Source: a virus (Duplodnaviria; Caudoviricetes). From it: DNA of 36,811 nt. Position numbers and translations under genes: made by a program. This document shows, in pieces, positions 28,025-36,100 of this stretch. How positions within the stretch are numbered: the stretch's first letter is position 1; each line of letters opens with the position of its first letter. The notes beneath the pieces were generated by a model. It had not been told where the DNA came from. It ran no database searches and saw only the letters and a list, made by a program, of their open reading frames with translations. The stretch lies in the IMG/VR virus record IMGVR_UViG_3300010366_000027, positions 1-36,811 of that record. The stretch is one strand, 5' to 3'.

Positions 28025-28656
28025 CCGCTACGGGCTGGCCGGTCGAGGATGTTTCGCAGCGGCTCTACGATGAGCTGGAACCGCTGAGCGGATCCGATCC
28101 GACCTCGGGCTGGCCGCTGCTCGCGTTCATCGATGCAATAGGACAGATGTTCCAGAGCGGTGCAGATCTCGTCCAGGACGGCCCCAATGGCGAGCCCGGC
28201 TGGTCGATCATCCTTGACATCAACCGGATTCCCGACGCAGGTCTGCCGTGGCTCGCTCAGTTCATTGGTCTAGCCTTCTTTCAGGGTATCACGGCTGATC
28301 AGCAGCGGCAGCAGATCCGAGATCACACGAACTGGGCGCGTGGGACTCCAGCCTCGATCATCAACGCCGTCCGTCTCTTCTTGACGGGAACGCAAACTGT
28401 ACAGCTTGCTGAGCGCAATCCAGACAACTGGAGTTTCAACGTAACGATCTGGACTGCAGAAGCTCCGGCCGATACCTCGACTACCTCGCCGCTCGTGACC
28501 TACGTCAACAAGTATGCGAAACCGGCCGGGTTGAAATGGACTCTCTCTGTCAACCCTGGAACGCCGCCGGCAACGACCTACAGTGTGATCTACACTCGCG
28601 GCGATACGTACGGGTCAATGTACTCGTCCTTCACGACGTACGCAGACATCCACTAG
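28021..28656 (+). CDS. baseplate wedge/tail protein I-like
   Basis: LPWLAQFIG, RGTPASI and KPAG motifs typical of P2 gpI. Confidence 0.82.
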   Translation: MTATGWPVEDVSQRLYDELEPLSGSDPTSGWPLLAFIDAIGQMFQSGADLVQDGPNGEPGWSIILDINRIPDAGLPWLAQFIGLAFFQGITADQQRQQIRDHTNWARGTPASIINAVRLFLTGTQTVQLAERNPDNWSFNVTIWTAEAPADTSTTSPLVTYVNKYAKPAGLKWTLSVNPGTPPATTYSVIYTRGDTYGSMYSSFTTYADIH

Positions 28657-28663
28657 GAGGGCA

Positions 28664-29656
28664 ATGCTTACTACATCCAGACGCGCGATTCAATATCCGA
28701 ATACGGATCGCAGCGACCGTGCTGACATCGCTCTCCACATCAGCTATGTCGCGCTCGCTGCGGACGCCGATGTTCTCTTCAACCAGGGAACCGATGCCGC
28801 TCGACTCGCAGCTGCGCATCAGACCGGCGGCGGTCGGGTCTGGTGGACGACGGACACTGGTCTGCTTTGGTATGATGATGGGACGACCTGGCGTTCAATA
28901 GCTCCGCCAGCAAGTAGTGGCGCAGGACTACTCTCGGCACGGCCGGCAGCGACGTCAGTTGTTGCTGGGTATCGGTTCTTCGCAACTGACCAGGTTGTCG
29001 ATTTCGTTAGTGATGCTACGAACTGGATCCGCACCGGGGTGCCGGCGGGCACGACCGTAGACTGGTTCAAGCCCGATTCAGCGATCCCGAACGGCTGGGT
29101 GCTCTACGACGGTGGTAACCTACCGGCCTCCACCGGGATCTACGCCGATTTGTACGCGCATCTCGGCAATACGCTCACGAAGCCAGATACGCGCGGACGC
29201 TCGACCGTCGGACTCGGTACGAACGGTGACGTATCTGGGATGGGGGTCAGCGATGGACTCGCAGTAGCCTCGCGCTCGCCGAAGCACAACTCGACGAATG
29301 GTGTTACAGCTTCTCCTGCGCTTACAGCTGCCCACACCCTGACGCTCCCGGCTCACGCTCATACCGTTTCGGATCCAGGTCACGGCCATCCGCACTACCA
29401 TTGGAACGGCGGCAACCCCGGCCCGATCATGGCAATCAGTGACGGAGATAATACGGATGGGACGGATACTCGGACTGGCGGTATCATCAACGCTTCGACC
29501 GGCATCTCGGTCGGGAACCCGACTTCATCTCCGGGGATCAATGGCGGTGTCACCGTTAGTGGAAGCATTAGTGTCGGCGGCTCGGTTGGCCCCGGCGGCT
29601 CGCGTCCGACCGACACCCCAGCCTACATCGTCTGTCAGAAGATTGGGAAGCTATGA
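28664..29656 (+). CDS. tail fibre protein with collar domain
   Basis: VPAGT....IPNGWVLYDG....YADLYAHLG...PDTRGR collar motif; His-x-His needle motifs; PAYIV..IGKL end. Confidence 0.85.
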   Translation: MLTTSRRAIQYPNTDRSDRADIALHISYVALAADADVLFNQGTDAARLAAAHQTGGGRVWWTTDTGLLWYDDGTTWRSIAPPASSGAGLLSARPAATSVVAGYRFFATDQVVDFVSDATNWIRTGVPAGTTVDWFKPDSAIPNGWVLYDGGNLPASTGIYADLYAHLGNTLTKPDTRGRSTVGLGTNGDVSGMGVSDGLAVASRSPKHNSTNGVTASPALTAAHTLTLPAHAHTVSDPGHGHPHYHWNGGNPGPIMAISDGDNTDGTDTRTGGIINASTGISVGNPTSSPGINGGVTVSGSISVGGSVGPGGSRPTDTPAYIVCQKIGKL

Positions 29657-29790
29657 TAGACAATGAGATCGACGCCTACAATCAGCTTCTGGAGAAGTTC
29701 GATAAGATGATTGCGGTCTTGGAAAGGATCGCCGAGGCGATTGAGGAAGAGATCGCAATGGCGCAGGCAGAGGAGAATAATGAGCAATAA
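29653..29790 (+). CDS. small acidic helical protein (45 aa, MIDNEIDAYNQLLEKFDKMIAVLERIAEAIEEEIAMAQAEENNEQ)
   Basis: Translated by hand; ATGA overlap. Confidence 0.7.
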   Translation: MIDNEIDAYNQLLEKFDKMIAVLERIAEAIEEEIAMAQAEENNEQ

Positions 29791-29998
29791 CGTTTTGATT
29801 GCATTCGCTGTCGGCGCGATGTTTCTACTCGCGCTGATCGTCGTCCTGGGATCGTTCATCGACCGCAGACATCAGCGCGAGATGCTGACGATGTTAGTCA
29901 AGTCGCTCTACAGTCGGCCGCATAGCGAAGACACCGCTGTGATTTCCGAGCCAGAGTCAAAGTCAGAGACTCCGTGGCCGGTTGTACCTAAGGGATGA
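29780..29998 (+). CDS. single-TM membrane protein (72 aa), possible holin-like lysis protein
   Basis: RBS GAGGAG before ATG 29780; N-terminal TM helix. Confidence 0.7.
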   Translation: MSNNVLIAFAVGAMFLLALIVVLGSFIDRRHQREMLTMLVKSLYSRPHSEDTAVISEPESKSETPWPVVPKG

Positions 29999-30159
29999 TT
30001 TTTGCTCCCATCCCTAGTGAGGTTATTGCTAGTGGCTTCGGAGCCTTAGTTGGAGCTGTGATTGCTCTAGCTGTGTTCTTTGGGCGTAATCGTGAGCGAC
30101 TTGCGAAAATAGAGGAATGGATCCGTCTTCACGAGAAGCAACATAACGGCGAGAAATGA
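29995..30159 (+). CDS. single-TM membrane protein (54 aa), possible holin-like lysis protein
   Basis: Translated by hand as MIFAPIPSEVIASGFGALVGAVIALAVFFGRNRERLAKIEEWIRLHEKQHNGEK; ATGA overlap. Confidence 0.7.
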   Translation: MIFAPIPSEVIASGFGALVGAVIALAVFFGRNRERLAKIEEWIRLHEKQHNGEK

Positions 30160-30636
30160 TCAGTCACGCATCGCGTACTGAATCCAGCGCAGCTCATTCT
30201 CTAGATTGACGACTGCCGTACGGCCCCAGCGGTTCTCCTCGTTCTGAATCGCCCAGGTGGCGATAAGGCGCAGTTCGCTCATAACCTGCGTCATCTGTTC
30301 GGGGATGAAGTAGATCCACTCAAGCTGAGTGCCTTCCTGCTCTAGCTCGCTCGTGATCTGGATCTTCGGCTGCTTCTTGCTCCAGCCGCTGTGAGCCTGG
30401 GTCAAGGCCCAGCCGACTCGCTTCGATCTCTTCTTGTCCAGAACTAGCTCGTCATCGCTCGCTTCAGACCCGAGTCGTCGCGGGATTGCGCCGGCAACGA
30501 TGACGAGCGTCAAGGCACGTGAGATCCGCGTAGTCTCACGGTCAACGAGGGATGTGACCGAAAGGCTGCTCGGAAGCTCCAAACCAGCGTCATAGTATTG
30601 TTCTAGGAACATATCGAACGTACGTTCTGGTTCCAC
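30160..30636 (-). CDS. hypothetical protein (158 aa)
   Basis: Long ORF with protein-like composition; no recognised motif; start uncertain. Confidence 0.7.
   Translation of the reverse strand: MEPERTFDMFLEQYYDAGLELPSSLSVTSLVDRETTRISRALTLVIVAGAIPRRLGSEASDDELVLDKKRSKRVGWALTQAHSGWSKKQPKIQITSELEQEGTQLEWIYFIPEQMTQVMSELRLIATWAIQNEENRWGRTAVVNLENELRWIQYAMRD
30614..30629. promoter_or_regulatory. putative LexA (SOS) box, Gram-positive/actinobacterial type
   Basis: TCGAAC-GTAC-GTTCTG matches (T)CGAAC-N4-GTTC(G), at the 5' end of the ORF. Confidence 0.55.
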
Positions 30637-30730
30637 GCTCTCTAAGCTTGTATAAGCTCTTTCAAGGCCCGAACCCTTACTCGGAGTCGGATTCGGTTTG
30701 GAAAGCCCGTATACACCAGCCTACAAATGG

Positions 30731-30937
30731 CTAGCCGGTTTCGCGTTCGCCCGCTATCGGACGGCCTCGCGGATCCGGGGGTTGTCCCTTCTCAAACGTA
30801 TCCGAGAAGCGGAGGATAGCGCCAACCGTACCGCAGCTTGGACAGTTGATCTGTTTGATGAATGTCATGACATTACATCCTGACTTCTGACAGGCGTAGA
30901 GATCAAACGCGCGTGACTTCTGATGTAGTGTTTCCAT
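30731..30937 (-). CDS. small Zn-ribbon protein (68 aa)
   Basis: CQKSGC...CPSCG; TGATG overlap with the upstream HTH gene. Confidence 0.7.
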   Translation of the reverse strand: METLHQKSRAFDLYACQKSGCNVMTFIKQINCPSCGTVGAILRFSDTFEKGQPPDPRGRPIAGERETG

Positions 30938-31251
30938 CAGTATCCCAGCAGACTCATCTGCTGCTCTTCTAGCTGCGCCTGCTTCCGGCGAGCGTTGAGG
31001 AAGCGGTTGTGGACTTGTTTGATGGTTCTGTCCTCCTTGCGCCGGTGCTCTAGTGCGATGATGATCTTTCGCGCCGTCGCCTGCTGGACGGTACAATGGA
31101 TGCCGTTCAGGATCCGCCGAATGGTCTGCGGCGAAACCAGGGCGTACTCGGCGGCATCTTCCGCCGTGCCACATCTATCGACTAGCTCCTTTGTATGAGG
31201 GTAAATCTTGGAGCAGTCTATAGTCGTGCGGTGGTATTTCTCCTCAGGCAT
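30937..31251 (-). CDS. helix-turn-helix DNA-binding protein
   Basis: AEDAAEYALVSPQTIRRILNG HTH pattern; RBS GAAAGGAAGG. Confidence 0.7.
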   Translation of the reverse strand: MPEEKYHRTTIDCSKIYPHTKELVDRCGTAEDAAEYALVSPQTIRRILNGIHCTVQQATARKIIIALEHRRKEDRTIKQVHNRFLNARRKQAQLEEQQMSLLGY

Positions 31252-32164
31252 TTACCTTCCTTTCGATCCGGTGGTGCTCGGAACGGAACTGCCGGTTGTC
31301 TTCATGAGCCCAGCTAAGTGGGCACTGGCCCTCGACGGTTTCCCAGCCCTGGAAGGTACAGGTATGTTCGTACTTCTCGTTGGCCGGAGTTTTCTCGCAG
31401 CTGATCTTGATGTATGGTTCGAGGAACTTGTAGCGGCTGACGAGGATGTCACGGGCCATCCGCATCACGGTGACGATCTCCCACTGGAACATCGAGCAGC
31501 CGCGATAGGCATAGACGTTGATGAACTCGCGGAGCGGATACTCCATCATGATGTAGTTCGTGGTACCCTCGGGCAAGACGTAGCGGGCGTCTTGGTACGA
31601 GACGTCTGCGTCACAAGCTGCGACGTAGGCCGCTCGCGCGGCGTTGATTGCCTGGATCCAGAGGTTGCGAACTTCGTCGGTCGAGTTCCAGATCGACTCA
31701 GGCATCCTCATCTCTGGATTGTTCCCGTAGAAGCTTGCGCGCATCGACTGCTGATGGAACGCAGCCTTGCGCGTTCGAACGATCTGATGGGTGCAGGCTC
31801 GCGAGACGCCGGATACCTCGAACACGATCACCTGCGACTCAAGCGCGGTCTGGAGTCCGCCCTTCAGCATCTCCTCCCAGTCACGGGTATCGTTATCCGG
31901 CCCGACGAGGTTGATACCGATGGTCGCCCTGGTCGCTCGTGACAAGACCTGCTCGAACTCGGGATTGAGTCCCTGGACGAGCTTGACAGTGATACCGTCG
32001 TCGCCGATCTGAATGAGACCGTTCGAGTACGGCGAGACGTGATGTCCATCGTTCATCGAGTGCCGGTTGAACGAGACGTCGCGCAGTAGCGGTGTTTCTG
32101 GGTGGTTCTCCCATTCTCGGGATCCTCTGTAGGCCATAGTTTCATTTGGTACGGATGGAAACAT
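31244..32164 (-). CDS. thyX: FAD-dependent thymidylate synthase (divergent)
   Basis: FEVSGVSRACTHQIVR.R...HQQSMR, DARYVLP and QWEI motifs. Confidence 0.85.
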   Translation of the reverse strand: MFPSVPNETMAYRGSREWENHPETPLLRDVSFNRHSMNDGHHVSPYSNGLIQIGDDGITVKLVQGLNPEFEQVLSRATRATIGINLVGPDNDTRDWEEMLKGGLQTALESQVIVFEVSGVSRACTHQIVRTRKAAFHQQSMRASFYGNNPEMRMPESIWNSTDEVRNLWIQAINAARAAYVAACDADVSYQDARYVLPEGTTNYIMMEYPLREFINVYAYRGCSMFQWEIVTVMRMARDILVSRYKFLEPYIKISCEKTPANEKYEHTCTFQGWETVEGQCPLSWAHEDNRQFRSEHHRIERKVNA

Positions 32165-32218
32165 GCTCCCTCCTGCTGTAGTGGGGCGACGGGTAATCGG
32201 AGGATACCCGCCGCCCCA
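32165..32218 (-). promoter_or_regulatory. 14-bp hairpin with anti-SD loop upstream of the thyX RBS
   Basis: Stem 32182-32195/32205-32218, with a G-U pair possible only on the - strand; loop UCCUCCGAU; SD AGGAGGGAG follows. Confidence 0.65.
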
Positions 32219-32224
32219 TGGTTT

Positions 32225-32575
32225 TCACTCCTTGCTAGCGAGAATCTCCTTGCCGGCCTTGGACGTGACGGCTGGGACACTCGTCTTGAAGCCTGAGAGT
32301 GCGGTCGCCCTAACGCCGAGCCGCGCCGGTCGCCCAGGCGACGGGTTGGTTTCTCGGGTGAACGGGTTTCTTACTGGTGTACCCTTCTTGACCGCCGGAG
32401 ATACGCGGAATGAGAGCTTGAAGTAAGGGCTGACCTTGACGGTGTTCCCTTCGGCTAGCTCGTCCGCGATGATCTGAAAGAAAGTTTTGATGACCTCCGC
32501 GACGTCCCTCTTGGAGATCCTCATCTCTTCAGACACCTCCGAGATCAGAAAGGGCAATCTCACTTCCTCAGGCAT
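32225..32575 (-). CDS. HU/IHF-like DNA-binding protein
   Basis: ISKRDVAEVI...ELAEGNTVKV..F and RNPFTRET arm motif. Confidence 0.85.
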   Translation of the reverse strand: MPEEVRLPFLISEVSEEMRISKRDVAEVIKTFFQIIADELAEGNTVKVSPYFKLSFRVSPAVKKGTPVRNPFTRETNPSPGRPARLGVRATALSGFKTSVPAVTSKAGKEILASKE

Positions 32576-32588
32576 ACTCCCTCCTAGT

Positions 32589-32939
32589 TCAGTACCCGCA
32601 TCCGGGCGGTTCGTAGTTTAGCCATGGGCCGAAGCCCGCGACTTTGTAGTAGGCATAGGCTGCCTTCGCCTGCGCCCACACGTTGCTTCCGTAGCCGAAG
32701 GTCGCTCGCTCGCTCGCTCCCATCTGGAAGATCCCGAGATATTGACCATTCTGTGCCCACGGTGCGTACGTACCTCCTGTTTCGCATTTGACGATTCGCA
32801 TTGCAGTCGCGCAGTTCGCTCCGAAGTAGTAGCATACTGCTCGGAGTGCTTGCTGATAGTTCGATGTTGCCTGGGCTGTTTGTCCCGTCGCGCCCCCTAG
32901 CACGACTAGGAGGAACACGGTTAGTGTCAGCTTGCGCAA
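32589..32939 (-). CDS. secreted lytic transglycosylase (SLT/Rpf-like)
   Basis: Signal peptide; IVKCETGG (catalytic Glu), GIFQM and GFGPW motifs; TTG start after AAGGAG. Confidence 0.8.
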   Translation of the reverse strand: MRKLTLTVFLLVVLGGATGQTAQATSNYQQALRAVCYYFGANCATAMRIVKCETGGTYAPWAQNGQYLGIFQMGASERATFGYGSNVWAQAKAAYAYYKVAGFGPWLNYEPPGCGY

Positions 32940-33034
32940 ATGAACTCCTTACGTCGATTGCACGGCATGTGTGGTCGCCCTTCCCTTGCCACACTTCATG
33001 CGCACCTTCTGATCGCATCATCATGCGCACCCTC

Positions 33035-33106
33035 TCAGTTCTCGTCCTCGTCGTCGTCTTCCGGCTCGGGCTCGGGCTCATCGCCTGGCTGCGGCTCAGT
33101 CTGCAT
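33035..33106 (-). CDS. tiny acidic peptide (23 aa, MQTEPQPGDEPEPEPEDDDEDEN)
   Basis: Translated by hand; strong RBS GGGAGGTG right after the dnaE stop. Confidence 0.55.
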   Translation of the reverse strand: MQTEPQPGDEPEPEPEDDDEDEN

Positions 33107-33116
33107 CTCACCTCCC

Positions 33117-36100
33117 TCATGGCTCGATCACCCACATTTTGTTGACGTAGACCTCACGCGCTGCTCGCCAACTAGGCTTGGCTCCTTCTACGAGAACGAT
33201 GTCCTCATTCGGCTTGATCTTCCAGATCATATTCTTGAATGCTTGATACTTCCAGCGAGTGATCCGAATAGAGAGAAGATCACTGCCGTCGTATCCGGCC
33301 ATTAGACACCACTCGTTTAGTTCCGGATGGCGAACGGTTGCCGGGTCTAGCTCCTCGCCCGTTCGAGCGCGGTTGACTTCGAAGATGTCACGAAGGTTAC
33401 GATGGACAATGACGCCGATCCAAACTATTGGGACATCCTCGCCACGCTCATATGGAACCTCGATTGCGGTCATGTTCGGAATCGGTAGTAGTTCCCCGCT
33501 ATGATCCTTCATCGTTGGAAGATCCTTCTTCACCGATGCGATTATCTTGTCGAGTCTCTCGATGCCGAATGGATCCTCGGCCGTCGCGTAGTCTACGAGC
33601 TTTGTGATTGTCTTTGGCCCGATACCCGAGACTTCAATCAACTGTGGCCAATCGAGCTTGCCGACCTTGTTATCGCGCCACTTGATGATCTTCTCGGCCA
33701 TCGACGGCCCGACTCCATCGATCTGATCGAAGCCAGGACGCAGGCCGCGCCGTCCCTCGCGCTTCCAGGTCTCGTCCGACTCGCGGAGATCGTACGGCAG
33801 GATCTTGAAGTTATGCTTGATCGCATCCCGTAGCATGATCACCTGACCGTCGAGCTTCGCTTTACTCGTGACCGTCGCCTTCGCATTAGAGCTACCACCG
33901 GCCCCGCCACCGCCGGCAGTCTTCTTGTCTTCGCGTCGGAGCATCGCCGTGTAGAACGCGCTCGGATGGTGACGCTTGAACCACATCGTCCACCAGGCTA
34001 TGTAGCCGTAGCTGACGGAGTGGGCGGCGTTGAAGGCGTAGGATCCGCTGGTGGTGAGGTCTCCCCAGATGGAACGCGCGAGTTCAGCGTCGATTGCTGG
34101 AAAGTCCGATCGCTCGTGAATCGTGCTTGCGCCTTCCCAGAACCGTTCCCACTGCCGGTTGAACTCTTGATCTCCGAGCTTGCGGCTGATGATTTTGCGG
34201 ATGTAGGCGGCGTGCGTCCAGTCGAAGTTTCCGATTTCGCGGACGATTTGGAGGATTTGCTCTTGGTAGACGATTTGATATTGGGTGAAGGCTGTAATAT
34301 GTTCAAGTGCAGGGTGGCGGAGATGTGGCTCTTTTTCTCCCCGTTTGATATCAACGTAGTCTGCAACCGCGCCATTGTGGAGCGGGCCAGGACGCGCGAG
34401 GGCAGTAACATGACAAACTTCATTGAAGGTGTCGGGTCGGACGGATCCATTGACCATTCGACAAGCTCGCCCCTCAAACTGAAATATTCCGACGACATCG
34501 TTCTCCTTGAATCCCCTGATGGTGGCATCGTCCTCGATGGGGATCTCGTAGAGGAACGATGATGGTTTGCCTATCATCTTGCACATCAATACGAGCGCGT
34601 CGAGCGCGGAGAGACCTAGTAGGTCAATCTTGAGTACGCCCAGGTACTCCGCGTCATACTTGTCGATAGCGACTACCTGGATCATGCGCTTCTTGACCTC
34701 GCGTTCCAGGATCGGTGTAATGATGGTAATCGGCTCGTTCGAGATCGCTACTCCGGCTGCGTGGACTCCGAAGGACTTGACGTTTCCCTCAAGCTCGGTC
34801 GCCTCCATAATCTCGGGATGGCGCTCGACTACTCCTGCGGCTTGCTCGAACTGCTCGATGGTGTCTAATATGGTCGCACTCGCACGTAGGTCGCCCGAAC
34901 TGCGTTCCAAAAGAACGTCCTTGATTTGCTCCACTTCGTACTTTGGGATTCGGTGAACGCGGGCGATGTCGTCGAGAGCGAGTCGGGACTTGAAGGTTTG
35001 AAACGTTCCGATCTGATTGACGCATTCTCTTCCGTAGCGTGTAACCAGATAGTCCACGATCTCGCCGCGCCGGGATGACTCAAAGTCCAGGTCGATGTCC
35101 GGGAGATCCATTCGCGTGATGTCGATGAAGCGTTCGAAGACGAGGTGTGGGAATACCATAGGGTTGACTTCTGTGATTCGCAACAGCCAACAGACCAGGC
35201 TCGCCGCCGCTGACCCGCGTGCAGGGCCAACTCCAATTGCTTTGTCCTTAGCAAATCGTACAGCGTCACTGACAATGAGAAAGTAGTCAACGAAATCCTT
35301 ATCCTCTATGATCGACATCTCGTATTTGAGTCTCTGCGAGTAGCGGCGACTGTCGGCATGGCTGAGCCGGTCGCAGCCTCGGAATACCCATCCTTCCTTC
35401 AGCCAGTCGTGAAACAAATCGACGCCGCTGTGGCCGTTCCGGGCCGGATAGCGAACCATAGGCAGGCGCGGTAGCTCGACCGTACAATCCTGCGCGATCT
35501 CCTCTGTCATGAGGATCGCGCCGATAGCCTCCTGCCTGGTGAGGCCGGTCGCGACGAGTCGGTTGAGGATGGAGCGGTCGGTTGCCGGCGGACAAAGCTC
35601 GGCGGTGTAGCCCCAACTCTTCGCCAAATCTTCCGGAGTCTGTTTCCCTCCGCTACGAAGAGCATGTAGCACCTTCTGCAGTTCTTTCTCCGTCGGTAAC
35701 GTGTAGTGGCAATCTAGAGTTGCGACAAGCGGCACACCCGTTTCCCGAGCAATCCGAGCCAGAAGTGGATTGGCACGACAGGTAGCCTCAAGTTCAGGAA
35801 AGGCTTGGACTTCGATAAAGTACGAATCGCCAAAAACGCGATGGAAGCGTTGAGCGACGGCAAGACCTCTGCGTAGACTAGCGTCAGACGGTGATATGCC
35901 CTTACCTCCAACAGTCGAGCAGAAGAGTAACGATCCTTGACAGCCAGATAATGCCAGGATGCCTTTTTTGTGTCTAGCCAGCATTCCTCCCGAGACGGTT
36001 GGCTCATAGTAGAATCCCTCCATGTATGAGCGCGAGACAAGCTTGAGAATGTTCTGGTATCCGATTTGATCTCGCGCTAGTAGTGTTAGGTGATTCTTGA

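Noticed and set aside
14413-28656. Extracellular contractile injection system or tailocin
   Set aside because: Terminase, portal, protease, capsid and DNA polymerase genes are contiguous with the tail genes, so this is a phage
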